Positions 21,317 to 31,714 of a stretch of 54,474 nt of DNA are shown here, piece after piece. This DNA is from Pseudomonadota bacterium (GTDB lineage Bacteria > Pseudomonadota > Gammaproteobacteria > UBA9214). The notes under the pieces are model-generated. The model did no database searches. It had not been told where the DNA came from and was given only the letters and a program-made list of their open reading frames with translations. Location of the stretch: the NCBI GenBank assembly GCA_029287615.1, contig JARFQV010000025.1, positions 1 through 54,474 of the forward strand. Direction: 5' to 3'. The translations under genes were made by a program, and so were the position numbers. Every line of letters starts with the position of its first letter. Position 1 is the stretch's first letter.

Positions 21317-21868
21317 CTAGCTTTCGCCCTTGTTTTCTTCTTCCGGCTCCATGTATCGGCTGAGATAAAAGGCCTGCCCGAATATGAATACAAAGGTGAG
21401 GCCCATCAGTCCGAACAACTTGAAGTTCACCCAGGTTTCCTCATCGAAGGTGTAGGCGACGTAAAGGTTTAGCAGTCCCATACTGGTGAAAAATATGACC
21501 CATGCCCAGTTCAGGCGGATCCACACCGGCACGGGAACCGTGATGGCGTGACTCATCATGCGTTCCACCAGCGTCTTTTCACCGAAGTAGCGGCTACCCA
21601 TAAATACGAGGGCGAACAACCAGTTCACAACAGTGGGCTTCCATTTGATGAACAAGGGATCCCTGAACAGCAGGGTAGCGCCACCGAACAGGATAAGAAT
21701 CGCCAGCGTGACAAGATGCATGTTCTCGAAGCGCCGGTGTTTGAGCCAGAATGCACCCGTCTGCAGGAATCCGGAAGCGATAGCGACGGCCGTTGCGACA
21801 TAGATGTCGTACAGCTTGTAGGCAATGAAAAAAAGCAGGATCGGAAAAAAATCGTATAGAAATTTCAT
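21317..21868 (-). CDS. yciB: Intracellular septation protein A (YciB/IspZ)
   Basis: MKFLYDFFP, FIKWKPT and WVNFKLFG motifs. Confidence 0.95.
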   Translation of the reverse strand: MKFLYDFFPILLFFIAYKLYDIYVATAVAIASGFLQTGAFWLKHRRFENMHLVTLAILILFGGATLLFRDPLFIKWKPTVVNWLFALVFMGSRYFGEKTLVERMMSHAITVPVPVWIRLNWAWVIFFTSMGLLNLYVAYTFDEETWVNFKLFGLMGLTFVFIFGQAFYLSRYMEPEEENKGES

Positions 21869-21896
21869 CTTGTTCTGATCAGTTCAGCCGTCTTGA

Positions 21897-22682
21897 TTAA
21901 TGCAGGGATTGCCTGATGCCGCATTGTTTGTGGTACCGTTCCACCACTGCACGTACCTGTGCAGGATAGTCAAGTGCCTCCATTTGCTGCATTCCCTCAC
22001 TGAAAAACTGCGGGGCATCCTCAGGGAGTTTCTCGATCAGTACTTCAAAGGCTTTTTCCATGAGTTCAGGATCGTGCGTGCGCGTTGCGATGATCCCCTG
22101 GTTGAGAATGAGTATACGCCATGGCCTTCCCGGATTGGCCTTTTCGAGATCCTGGCTGATGAATGCGGAGACCGATTTGGTGATTTCCTCCATCGCACTG
22201 CCCAGAACTTTCAGTTCGGGAATCTCTTTGGTCGAGTTGGCCAGCAGGGAGAGGGCATCGACTGCCGGTTCCAGGGTGGCAATGCTGCCGTCGTGGCGGG
22301 AAACCCAGAGTGCGAAGGCAAGGGTCAGTTCAGCCAGTCGATGCCGGTCCGGCGTACCCAGTCGATCCAGCCAGACACCAAGATTTTCCAGCAGTCGAAA
22401 GGCATATTCACCCAGTTCAGTCACGTCATTGCCGTCTGCCAGCATGGGGTGCTGAAGGCGCTTTTCTGCGGATAAGGTTGCGGATTCAACCGGCATGGCC
22501 TGAAAGTCCGACTCGACACGCTGCATAACCTCAAGCATCTGCTCAAAGGCGGCTGCGAGCATCTCGGGACTGGTTTCGGTGTCTGTGGCCGGCAGCTTTG
22601 GGTGGTTGCCGGATAGCAGTTCATTCAGGATTGGTCTCAGCCCGCTCCTTATGCTGGATATATCATCAGTCAGGTTGTGCAT
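21897..22682 (-). CDS. Hypothetical all-alpha protein
   Basis: 261-aa ORF with normal codon usage at the head of the yciB-yciI-bolA run; no family recognised. Confidence 0.75.
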   Translation of the reverse strand: MHNLTDDISSIRSGLRPILNELLSGNHPKLPATDTETSPEMLAAAFEQMLEVMQRVESDFQAMPVESATLSAEKRLQHPMLADGNDVTELGEYAFRLLENLGVWLDRLGTPDRHRLAELTLAFALWVSRHDGSIATLEPAVDALSLLANSTKEIPELKVLGSAMEEITKSVSAFISQDLEKANPGRPWRILILNQGIIATRTHDPELMEKAFEVLIEKLPEDAPQFFSEGMQQMEALDYPAQVRAVVERYHKQCGIRQSLH

Positions 22683-22846
22683 AAAACTTTATCTGTGTGG
22701 TTGCTCAGGTCGATCGTGTTCACATATCCACCGTCCAGCCGGAAGATATGCCTTGTAAAATATAAGTGATCTTTGTTCAGGGATGGTTTGGGCCGTGCAT
22801 CCGGCGGCTATCCAGCGCCAATACAGTTAATGTTAATATAGTACGG

Positions 22847-23701
22847 ATGAAACTTCACCATGACCTGCATAGCCATTCTACCGCATCTGACGGAACCCTG
22901 ACGCCGGAAGAACTCGTTGAGGAGGCTCTCGACGGTGGCGTGGATGTACTGGCGCTGACCGATCATGACACCACCGCGGGCATCGGGGCCGCTGCCAGGG
23001 CGGCGGACGGACAGGATATCCGGCTGATTCCGGGTGTCGAGATCTCCGTCTCCTGGAACGCCTATACCATCCATGTTCTTGGTTTGAATATCGATATACG
23101 GGACGAGCGGCTCCAGAGAGGTCTGCAGGGGCTGCGGGAGTTTCGTGAATGGCGGGCCCAAGAAATCGCGAGACGCCTGGAAAAGGCCGGTATCCAGGGG
23201 GCATTGACCGGGGCCAGGGCGCACGCACGCGGCAGCATTGTTGGTAGAACGCATTTTGCGCGCTTTCTGGTGGAACAGGGGTATGCCCGTTCCCTGCGTG
23301 AGGTCTTCAAGCGCTACCTGGTGAAGAAGCGACCGGGTTATGTCCCCGGCGAGTGGGCCACGCTGGAGCAGGCCGTTACCTGGATCAGGGGGGCGGGAGG
23401 TCTTGCCGTGATCGCCCATCCGGCCCGATATCGGCTGAGCGCAACCCGCTTGCGTGCTCTGCTGGAGGAATTCAAGTCCTGTGGTGGTTTGGGGCTGGAA
23501 GTCGTTTCAGGCAGCCACAGCCGTGATGATATTACCGCCATGAGCAGTGTAGCCCGGCGCCTTGAACTGTTGGCCTCCTGCGGCTCCGATTATCATGGCC
23601 CGGAAAACCCCTGGGTCCGGCTGGGCAGACTCGCCAATGTGCCCGATGGCTGTCGGCCGGTCTGGGAAAGTACGCAGTGGCGGGCAGCCTCGGCACGATA
23701 G
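22847..23701 (+). CDS. yciV: PHP-domain phosphoesterase (YciV/TrpH family)
   Basis: DLHSHSTASDG, LTDHD, GVEIS, GRTHFA, AHP and GSDYHG motifs; start placed at ATG 22847. Confidence 0.9.
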   Translation: MKLHHDLHSHSTASDGTLTPEELVEEALDGGVDVLALTDHDTTAGIGAAARAADGQDIRLIPGVEISVSWNAYTIHVLGLNIDIRDERLQRGLQGLREFREWRAQEIARRLEKAGIQGALTGARAHARGSIVGRTHFARFLVEQGYARSLREVFKRYLVKKRPGYVPGEWATLEQAVTWIRGAGGLAVIAHPARYRLSATRLRALLEEFKSCGGLGLEVVSGSHSRDDITAMSSVARRLELLASCGSDYHGPENPWVRLGRLANVPDGCRPVWESTQWRAASAR

Positions 23702-23766
23702 TGCCCCACCGTAACCATCCGGAAACGATCCTGCGACATCAGTACAGCGATGATTGATGCTGAATC

Positions 23767-24387
23767 ATGAGCCAGTTTTTTCAAATTCACCCTGAAAATC
23801 CCCAGGCGCGCCTGATCCAGCGTGCTGCCGGAATCATTCGCAAGGATGGCGTCATCGCCTACCCAACCGATTCCAGTTATGCCCTTGGCTGTCATGTCGG
23901 TGACAAGCAGGGTATGGAGCGTATCCGCAGAATCCGCAATCTCGACAAAAAGCACAATTTCACCCTGGTGTGCAGCGACCTGTCCGAGATTGCCACCTAC
24001 GCACGGGTGGATAACAGCGCCTACCGGCTGCTGAAGTCGCTGACCCCCGGCCCCTATACCTTCCTGTTGCGGGCCACGCACGAGGTGCCGCGTCGCTTGC
24101 AGAATCCGAAGCGAAAGACCATCGGAATCCGGGTTCCGGATCACCAGATCACCCAGTTACTGGTCAGGGAACTCGCGGAACCGATCATGAGTTCAACCCT
24201 GATTCTCTCCGGTTCAGATATGCCGGAAAGCGATCCCGTCGAGATTCGTGAAAAACTGGAACATGTCATTGATCTGGTGATCGATGGCGGCCACTGCGGT
24301 GTGGACCCGACGACCGTCATTGACCTGGTCGATGGCACACCCCGAATTATCCGGGCGGGGTGCGGGCCGGTGGAAGCGCTGGAATGA
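23767..24387 (+). CDS. yciO: Sua5/YrdC-family protein YciO
   Basis: MSQFFQIHPENPQ, YPTDSSYALGC, PGPYT and KRKTIGIRVP motifs. Confidence 0.93.
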   Translation: MSQFFQIHPENPQARLIQRAAGIIRKDGVIAYPTDSSYALGCHVGDKQGMERIRRIRNLDKKHNFTLVCSDLSEIATYARVDNSAYRLLKSLTPGPYTFLLRATHEVPRRLQNPKRKTIGIRVPDHQITQLLVRELAEPIMSSTLILSGSDMPESDPVEIREKLEHVIDLVIDGGHCGVDPTTVIDLVDGTPRIIRAGCGPVEALE

Positions 24388-24424
24388 ATCACCCGTTTGA
24401 TACCGTGATGAGTATAATCCCGGC

Positions 24425-25120
24425 ATGATCGAGGTCAGTCTCACGCAAAAGATCGTCGCCTGGGTATTGCCGGTCCTGTTTGCTATAACCGTGCATGAAG
24501 TCGCCCACGGCTGGGTAGCCAGGCAACTGGGCGACAACACGGCCATGATGATGGGCCGGCTCACGCTGAATCCCGTCAGGCATATTGATCCCGTGGGCAG
24601 CATACTCATTCCTGGCATGCTGCTCCTGATGCAGGCCGGCTTCATATTCGGGTGGGCAAAGCCCGTGCCGATCACCTGGCAGAACCTGGGACGCCCGAAA
24701 AGCGACATGGTCCTGGTGGCTGCGGCGGGCCCGTTATCGAACTTTTGCATGGCCGTCATCTGGGCCCTCATAACGCGCATGGTGCTATTGACGGGCAGTG
24801 AATTTGCGCAACCGCTGCTGTTTATGGGTGTGGCAGGTATTTTTATCAATGTTGTGCTTATGTTGCTGAATTTGCTGCCATTGCCACCGCTGGATGGCGG
24901 ACGGGTGGTTGCCGGCCTGCTGCCCGGCCAGTGGTCCGTGCGGTTCAGCCGGATAGAACCCTATGGTATCTGGATTCTGATCGCCCTGTTACTGACCGGT
25001 GTGCTGGGCTGGCTGCTGTGGCCGGTGCTTGAATTCATCCTGCACATGCTGGCACAGGTCTCCGGCCTGCCGGCCCGGGTCTTCGATCAAATACTGAAAG
25101 CACTCATGAGTAGCGGATAG
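24425..25120 (+). CDS. Site-2 protease (M50 family intramembrane metalloprotease)
   Basis: HEVAH zinc motif, AAAGPLSN and NLLPLPPLDGG. Confidence 0.93.
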   Translation: MIEVSLTQKIVAWVLPVLFAITVHEVAHGWVARQLGDNTAMMMGRLTLNPVRHIDPVGSILIPGMLLLMQAGFIFGWAKPVPITWQNLGRPKSDMVLVAAAGPLSNFCMAVIWALITRMVLLTGSEFAQPLLFMGVAGIFINVVLMLLNLLPLPPLDGGRVVAGLLPGQWSVRFSRIEPYGIWILIALLLTGVLGWLLWPVLEFILHMLAQVSGLPARVFDQILKALMSSG

Positions 25121-25129
25121 GAGAGGATT

Positions 25130-26344
25130 TTGAGTAGTCATTCCAATCAAGGCCGGGTCTTGTCCGGTATGCGCCCCACAGGCAGGCTGCACCTGGGACA
25201 CTATCACGGTGTACTGAAGAACTGGTTGAAGTTGCAACACGAGTATGAGTGTTTTTTCTTCGTGGCCGACTGGCATGCCCTGACCACACACTATGAAGAT
25301 CCCCACCTCATAGCAGAGAGCGTATGGGACATGGTGGTTGACTGGCTTGCGGCGGGGATCAACCCGGGTTCGGCAAACCTGTTTATCCAGTCACACGTCC
25401 CCGAACACGCGGAACTGCATCTGCTGCTATCGATGGTCACGCCCCTTGGATGGCTGGAAAGGGTTCCGAGTTACAAGGACCAGCAGGAAAAGCTGCGGGA
25501 GAAAGACCTGGCGACCTATGGTTTCCTGGGCTACCCACTCCTGCAGAGTGCCGATATCCTGATCTACAAGGCAACCCAGGTGCCGGTTGGTGAAGACCAG
25601 GTGGCGCATGTGGAACTGACCCGCGAGATCGCACGTCGCTTCAATCACCTGTATGGCCGGGAACCGGATTTCGAGGAAAAGGCACGTACGGCTGCCAAGA
25701 AAATGGGAAAGAAAAATGCCCGGCTCTATACCGATCTGCGTAAACGATACCAGGAACAGGGCGATCACGAGGCACTGGATATTGGCCGCGCCCTGCTGGA
25801 AGGTCAGCAGAATCTGACCCTGGGTGACCGGGAGCGTCTGTTCGGATACCTGGAGGGTAGTAGCCGTATTATTCTGGCAGAGCCTGATGCCTTGCTCACG
25901 CCTGCCTCGAAAATGCCGGGCCTGGATGGACAGAAGATGTCCAAGTCATACGAGAATACGATCTCCCTGCGCGAGGACCCGGAGGTGATCCAGCAAAAAC
26001 TGCGTACCATGCCGACCGATCCGGCACGCGTACGCCGCACGGACGCGGGTAACCCGGAAAAATGTCCGGTGTGGCAGTTGCACCAGGTTTATTCGGATGA
26101 TGAGGTCAGGGCCTGGGTGCAGGAGGGTTGTACCACTGCGGGCATCGGTTGCCTAGACTGCAAACAACCGGTCATCGATGCCGTTGTCGGTGAGTTGGCG
26201 CCGATCCGGGAACGCGCACAGGTATTCGAATCAGATACTGCCAGGGTTCGCAAGATTATCGATGAGGGTTGCGAAACGGCCCGCAGTATATCGCGGGATA
26301 CCCTGGAAGAGGTACGCCAGGCCATGGGACTGCAATATGGCTGA
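25130..26344 (+). CDS. trpS: Tryptophan--tRNA ligase
   Basis: SGMRPTGRLHLGH, YPLLQSADI, VPVGEDQ and KMSKS motifs; TTG start after an AGGAG RBS. Confidence 0.97.
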   Translation: MSSHSNQGRVLSGMRPTGRLHLGHYHGVLKNWLKLQHEYECFFFVADWHALTTHYEDPHLIAESVWDMVVDWLAAGINPGSANLFIQSHVPEHAELHLLLSMVTPLGWLERVPSYKDQQEKLREKDLATYGFLGYPLLQSADILIYKATQVPVGEDQVAHVELTREIARRFNHLYGREPDFEEKARTAAKKMGKKNARLYTDLRKRYQEQGDHEALDIGRALLEGQQNLTLGDRERLFGYLEGSSRIILAEPDALLTPASKMPGLDGQKMSKSYENTISLREDPEVIQQKLRTMPTDPARVRRTDAGNPEKCPVWQLHQVYSDDEVRAWVQEGCTTAGIGCLDCKQPVIDAVVGELAPIRERAQVFESDTARVRKIIDEGCETARSISRDTLEEVRQAMGLQYG

Positions 26345-26609
26345 ACGGATGAGGATCGGTGCTACCGTATCGTGCATATGATCTTGGACCATGAAACTCA
26401 CCGTGTTATCTGCCCAAGGAAGGCCTCCATCATCGTGTGAATGTCAGGCTGCTATCCGTACCCGTGATTGATTGTTTTTACGATTCCGTTTCGGTAAGAG
26501 AAATGTAAAAAAAACTGGAAGACACTGTTACGGGAATCAGGTAGAATCCCGCAAACGCCAAGCAATTGCCCGTAGCCGCTACCAGCCGGAACGGGCGCCA
26601 GGGCCTTAT

Positions 26610-27491
26610 ATGAGCGAAAGCCAGACCCACGCTGACGTACCACAAGCAGAGCAGGAAGAAATCCCCCTCGCCATGGTTCAGGGGAAGGCGTTCACCGCTC
26701 TACCGCAGGACCTCTACATCCCCCCCGATGCGCTCGAAGTCTTTCTGGATGCATTCGAAGGCCCGCTTGACCTGTTGCTCTACCTGATCAAGCGGGAGAA
26801 TCTCGATGTTCTCGATATTCCTGTCGCGCAGATTACCCGTCAGTACATCGACTATATCGAGTTGATGCAGGATCTGCGCTTCGAGCTTGCGGCGGAGTAT
26901 CTGGTGATGGCGGCCATGCTCGCCGAGATCAAGTCCCGACTGCTGCTCCCGCGTCCCGTGGAGTGCGATCAGGACGAGGATGACCCGCGCGCCGAGCTGG
27001 TACGCCGGCTGCTGGAATACGAGCGGTTCAAAAAGGCTGCCGAGGACCTGGATGAATTGCCACGCGTGGGCAGGGACATATACCCGGCGCAGGCCCGGGG
27101 TGTTGAACACCAGGTCATCAAGCTGCCCCCCGAGGTGTCCCTGCAGGACCTGCTGGCGGCCTTCAGAGAGGTTATGTCACGGGCCTCGATGTACACCCAT
27201 CACCACGTCCAGATGGAATCCCTGTCGGTGCGCGAGCGGATGTCGAATGTGCTCAGTCGCGTGGGAACGGACAGGTTTACCGACTTCGGTGATCTGTTTA
27301 CCCCGGAGGAAGGACGAATGGGAGTGGTGGTGACCCTGCTTGCCATTCTGGAGTTGCTGAAGGAGTCTCTGCTGGAGATGACGCAGGCAGAACCGTTTGC
27401 GCCCATTCATGTGAAATCGGCATCTTCAGCCTGCGAGGGCGGGGAAGATACCGATACGGAAGAGACGGAGTATCAGGAAGCAATGGCCTGA
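26610..27491 (+). CDS. scpA: Segregation and condensation protein A (kleisin)
   Basis: FEGPLDLLLYLI, AAEYLVMAA.L.EIKS and LAILEL motifs; start placed at ATG 26610. Confidence 0.94.
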   Translation: MSESQTHADVPQAEQEEIPLAMVQGKAFTALPQDLYIPPDALEVFLDAFEGPLDLLLYLIKRENLDVLDIPVAQITRQYIDYIELMQDLRFELAAEYLVMAAMLAEIKSRLLLPRPVECDQDEDDPRAELVRRLLEYERFKKAAEDLDELPRVGRDIYPAQARGVEHQVIKLPPEVSLQDLLAAFREVMSRASMYTHHHVQMESLSVRERMSNVLSRVGTDRFTDFGDLFTPEEGRMGVVVTLLAILELLKESLLEMTQAEPFAPIHVKSASSACEGGEDTDTEETEYQEAMA

Positions 27492-27528
27492 ACGGTGATC
27501 CCGTACATCCATTCAGGGAACTGAAGAC

Positions 27529-28218
27529 ATGAAAGACCCCACACTCAAGCACATCCTCGAGGCCATCCTGCTGGCGGCTGCCCGTCCATTGACCCTGGAT
27601 CAGCTGCTGGCGATATTTGTCGAAGAGGAGTGCCCCGAGCGTGATGAGTTGCGCAGTGCGATCGAGGAATTACAGGCCGATTACGCAGATCGGGGCATAG
27701 AGGTATCCGAGGTAGCCAGCGGTTACCGGATCCAGGTCAGGCCGGAGATGCAGCCCTGGGTATCCAGGTTGTGGGAGGAAAAACCCTCCCGGTATTCACG
27801 GGCCCTGCTGGAGACCCTGGTGTTGATTGCTTACCGTCAGCCGGTCACCCGGGGTGAGATAGAGGATATCCGCGGAGTCAGTGTCAGTACCTCGATCATG
27901 AAGACCCTGCAGGATCGCAAATGGGTGCGTGTCGTGGGACACCGGGATGTTCCCGGTCGACCATCGATGTATGGCACCACCCGTGAATTCCTGGATTATT
28001 TCGACCTGAAGAGCCTCAACGAATTGCCGACACTGGCCGAATTGCGTGATCCGGACATGTCAGGCGAATTGATGAAACTCGATCTTGAGGGAGTCGAGGA
28101 GGTCATGGGCGAAACCGGAGATGCAGGTCAGGATGACGCTACAGCTGTCGAGGACGCCGAGGACAGCATGCAGCCGGTTGTAAACTCCGGCGAAGACCAG
28201 CCCGGTACCCTTCACTGA
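27529..28218 (+). CDS. scpB: SMC-Scp complex subunit ScpB
   Basis: LETL.LIAYRQPVTRGEIEDIRGV and PGRP..YGTT..FLDYF motifs. Confidence 0.96.
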   Translation: MKDPTLKHILEAILLAAARPLTLDQLLAIFVEEECPERDELRSAIEELQADYADRGIEVSEVASGYRIQVRPEMQPWVSRLWEEKPSRYSRALLETLVLIAYRQPVTRGEIEDIRGVSVSTSIMKTLQDRKWVRVVGHRDVPGRPSMYGTTREFLDYFDLKSLNELPTLAELRDPDMSGELMKLDLEGVEEVMGETGDAGQDDATAVEDAEDSMQPVVNSGEDQPGTLH

Positions 28219-28360
28219 ATAAAGTCAGTCGGGCTGACCCGCAACTCTCGCCTGTGAGCGCGAGGATCGCCCTGCTGTCCGGTTGATTCGCCCCATCCAC
28301 GGGTCTCAAGCCTTGCAGGGCAATTCCGCAGGTGCCCGGGATCATACCCGGCGATCTGCT

Positions 28361-28379
28361 TAGTGGTAACAGGCTCTAG
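28361..28379. repeat. Isolated degenerate right end of the CTAG MITE family
   Basis: tagtggtaacaggctctag versus tagtgttaacaggccctag of copy 2 (17/19 identical). Confidence 0.5.
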
Positions 28380-28509
28380 CAACTTTTCAGGGACAGGAAA
28401 CATGGGCTGTATGGCCGAACGGGGAAAGATGCAGACTGGCCCGGAAATCGGGCGAGGGCGATATATCCTGGCGCGCCATGCAGGCTAGCCAGGCAACCGG
28501 TTTCCTGCC

Positions 28510-29304
28510 ATGTCGGAACGTGTGCAAAAAGTACTCGCCAGTGCCGGATACGGGTCCAGGCGTGAACTGGAAAACTGGATTCGTGCCGGACGGATCACGA
28601 TCAACGGCAAGCCAGCGGAGCTTGGCCAGCGACTGAATGAGGGAGACCGGGTAAGCATTGATGACCGGCCCGTTTCCCTTTCCGGGCTGCGGAAGGACAT
28701 TCCATCCAGGAATATCATCTACCACAAGCCGGCGGGTGAACTCACGACCCGCTCTGACCCGGAAGGTCGACCCACTGTCTTCGACCACCTGCCGCGACTG
28801 CGTGAGGCACGCTGGATCAGCGTTGGCAGGCTTGATATCAACACCTCCGGCCTGCTCTTGCTGACCACTGACGGGGAACTGGCCAACCGTCTGATGCACC
28901 CCTCCAGCGCCCTGGAACGTGAATATGCCGTACGCATCCTCGGGGAAGTCGATCCGTCGGCAATCAGGAGGATGAGTCGAGGTGTCGCGCTGGAAGACGG
29001 TATGGCTCGGTTCAAGTCTATCCGGGATGCCGGTGGCAGCGGTGCGAACCACTGGTACCACGTGGTGTTGACGGAAGGACGAAACCGTGAGGTGCGCCGT
29101 ATCTGGGAATCACAGGGGCTGCGCGTCAGCCGGTTGATCAGAATTCGTTTTGGTCCGGTCACACTGCCCCGCAAGTTGCGACCCGGCAGAAGCCAGCCAC
29201 TGGAGGATGCCGGGGTTCAGGCCCTGTATCAAGCCGCTGGATTGAAACACAAGGCCACTGCTGGCACGAAGAGCAAGGGACGCAGGGGGGGCAGGCGCAA
29301 GTGA
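28510..29304 (+). CDS. rluB: 23S rRNA pseudouridine synthase RluB
   Basis: S4 domain (ERVQKVLA..GYGSRR), VGRLDINTSG and EGRNREVRR; scpB-rluB synteny. Confidence 0.92.
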   Translation: MSERVQKVLASAGYGSRRELENWIRAGRITINGKPAELGQRLNEGDRVSIDDRPVSLSGLRKDIPSRNIIYHKPAGELTTRSDPEGRPTVFDHLPRLREARWISVGRLDINTSGLLLLTTDGELANRLMHPSSALEREYAVRILGEVDPSAIRRMSRGVALEDGMARFKSIRDAGGSGANHWYHVVLTEGRNREVRRIWESQGLRVSRLIRIRFGPVTLPRKLRPGRSQPLEDAGVQALYQAAGLKHKATAGTKSKGRRGGRRK

Positions 29305-29963
29305 GCATGGACGGGTTGCGTCTGAAATCCGTCTTCGAATGCCTGTATCAAACCCATGGTACGCAGGACTGGTGGCCCGGGGACACGCCTTTTGAAATCA
29401 TGGTCGGCGCGATCCTTACCCAGAATACAAGCTGGTCCAATGTGGAAAAGGCGATTGCGAACCTTGCAGGACACGGTCAGCTGGACCCGGTAAAGATTGC
29501 CTCGCTACAGCCGGATCGTCTGGCATTGCTCCTGAAGCCTTCCGGTTATTTCAATATCAAGGCCAGACGTCTGCAGAATTTCTGCCGATGGTACCTGGAG
29601 CAGGGGAGCTTCGAGGCACTGAACGGGCGACCGACAGCGGAACTGAGATCAGGCTTGCTCGGTGTTAACGGAATCGGCCCGGAAACGGCCGATGATATCC
29701 TTCTTTATGCTTTCGGGCGGCCGGTCTTTGTCATCGATGCCTATACCCGTCGTCTGTTCTCCCGCCTGGGATTGATCGAGGGAGATGAACCGTATGAAAA
29801 CCTGCGCCACAGGCTGGAGACGAAACTGGGTGCAGATGTGGAGCTGTACAATGAATATCATGCATTGATTGTGCGTCATGCCAAGGAAGTCTGTCAGGTA
29901 AAGGCGCGCTGTGCAGAATGTGTGTTATACCGCAGCTGCCCGGGTAGACAATTCGCTGTTTGA
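29301..29963 (+). CDS. Endonuclease III-related HhH-GPD DNA glycosylase with a C-terminal Fe-S motif
   Basis: WWP..FEIMVGAILTQNTSW, GIGPETAD, FVIDAYT and C-x5-C-x2-C-x5-C. Confidence 0.88.
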   Translation: MSMDGLRLKSVFECLYQTHGTQDWWPGDTPFEIMVGAILTQNTSWSNVEKAIANLAGHGQLDPVKIASLQPDRLALLLKPSGYFNIKARRLQNFCRWYLEQGSFEALNGRPTAELRSGLLGVNGIGPETADDILLYAFGRPVFVIDAYTRRLFSRLGLIEGDEPYENLRHRLETKLGADVELYNEYHALIVRHAKEVCQVKARCAECVLYRSCPGRQFAV

Positions 29964-29980
29964 TTACACAGGAGACTAGC

Positions 29981-30367
29981 ATGAGCGCACGAATGAGCAG
30001 AAAGGGCCTGTCGATCGGAATCAGCCTGATGGACGATGATGTCTATGTCGAACTCAGGGCAATAGGCAGACTGACTCACCGGGACTATGAGGTACTGGTA
30101 CCCATGCTGGATGAGGCGATCAAGGAAGTACCCGAGCCCCATATCAGGATACTTGTGGATGCCCGGGAGTTCGAGGGTTGGGAACCCAGGGCAGCCTGGG
30201 ACGACTTCAGACTGGGTCTGAAACATCGAAAGGAGTTTTCCAAAATCGCCATCCTCGGTAACAAGCCATGGGAAAAATATGTCACCACGGTTGCCAGATG
30301 GTTTACCAGTGGTGATGCGAGATATTTCGAGGAGATGGATGAGGCAATCGAGTGGATAAGGGGATAA
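29981..30367 (+). CDS. SpoIIAA-like (STAS/SEC14) domain protein
   Basis: GRLTHRDYE, FEGWEPRAAWDD..GLKH and KIAILG motifs; AGGAG RBS. Confidence 0.85.
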   Translation: MSARMSRKGLSIGISLMDDDVYVELRAIGRLTHRDYEVLVPMLDEAIKEVPEPHIRILVDAREFEGWEPRAAWDDFRLGLKHRKEFSKIAILGNKPWEKYVTTVARWFTSGDARYFEEMDEAIEWIRG

Positions 30368-30442
30368 GCCTGGTCGTATGAACGGCCCGGGTAACCAGCA
30401 GAGGTTGCCGCGGCCGTTTCCGGTATTCGCCCGGACACCAGT

Positions 30443-31624
30443 TTACAGATTTGCGGTGATTTTCTCTGACCCCTGTCTGGCCTTGTTCAGGGCCTCCTCG
30501 ACGGTGTCTCCCCTCGCCAACACCACACCCATGCGGCGCTTGCCATGGACCTGCGGTTTTCCGAACAGTCGCAATTGTGTCTCCGGTGCACTGAGTGCGC
30601 TTTCCAGGTTACCAAAACTCACCTGGCTGGAGTCGCCTTCTACCAGGATAACGCTGGATGCGGAAGGACCATGCAGGTGGAGATCGGGAATTGGCAGGTC
30701 CAGGATTGCCCGTGCGTGAAGCGCGAACTGTGACAGATCCTGGGAAATCATGGTTACCATACCGGTGTCATGGGGCCGTGGAGAAACCTCGCTGAAAATT
30801 GCCTCATCTCCCCTGATAAACAGTTCCACCCCGAAGATCCCGCGGCCGCCCAGTGCCCCGGTAATCTTTTCTGCGATATCCCGTGCGTCAGCCAGTGCCT
30901 TCTGACTCATTTGCTGTGGTTGCCAGGACTGCCGGTAATCGCCATCAACCTGAACATGGCCGATCGGCTCGCAGAAGGCGGTTCCGCCACGATGGCGTAC
31001 GGTTAGCTGGGTGATCTCGTAATCGAATTCCACAAAGCCTTCAACGATCACCTTGCCTGCGCCGCTGCGTCCGCCTTCCTGCGCGTAGTTCCAGGCCGTC
31101 TCGATGTCTGAGCGGGAATGAACGAGACTCTGCCCCTTGCCGGAGGAACTCATGATGGGTTTGACAACACAGGGAAGCCCGATCTCCTCGATGGCGGCAT
31201 CGAATGTCTCCCGCGTTTCCGCAAACCGGTAATCAGAAGTCCGGATCCCGAGTTCCTCGGCAGCAAGACGGCGTATACCTTCGCGGTTCATGGTAAGTCT
31301 TGCCGCGCGGGCGGTGGGGATGACCGTGTAACCGGATGATTCCAGTTCCACCAGGGTATCGGTGGCGATTGCCTCGATCTCCGGGACGATGAAATCCGGC
31401 TTTTCCCGTTCGATAAGCTTGCGCAAGGCCCGGGCATCCAGCATGGAAATGACATGACTGCGATGCGCCACCTGCATTGCGGGGGCGTTTTCGTACCGAT
31501 CGACCACGATCGTTTCAACCCCCAGCCTCTGCAGTTCGATGACTACCTCCTTGCCCAGTTCACCGCCACCGCACAGCAATACCCGGGTTGCCGAAACAGT
31601 GAGTGGAGTGCCAATGGTTGTCAT
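30443..31624 (-). CDS. purT: Formate-dependent phosphoribosylglycinamide formyltransferase
   Basis: [27 protein letters not shown] and [10 protein letters not shown] motifs. Confidence 0.97.
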   Translation of the reverse strand: MTTIGTPLTVSATRVLLCGGGELGKEVVIELQRLGVETIVVDRYENAPAMQVAHRSHVISMLDARALRKLIEREKPDFIVPEIEAIATDTLVELESSGYTVIPTARAARLTMNREGIRRLAAEELGIRTSDYRFAETRETFDAAIEEIGLPCVVKPIMSSSGKGQSLVHSRSDIETAWNYAQEGGRSGAGKVIVEGFVEFDYEITQLTVRHRGGTAFCEPIGHVQVDGDYRQSWQPQQMSQKALADARDIAEKITGALGGRGIFGVELFIRGDEAIFSEVSPRPHDTGMVTMISQDLSQFALHARAILDLPIPDLHLHGPSASSVILVEGDSSQVSFGNLESALSAPETQLRLFGKPQVHGKRRMGVVLARGDTVEEALNKARQGSEKITANL

Positions 31625-31714
31625 CCGCGGATACCCCGGAGTAATTGGAAACGCCAGATTATATAAAACGGACCCGAAATAACGCTAGCGGAATGTTTCC
31701 GGGAGAAATCCGGG

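Noticed and set aside
28387-29061. 224-aa antisense ORF over rluB and its upstream spacer
   Set aside because: Shadow of rluB with no independent support.
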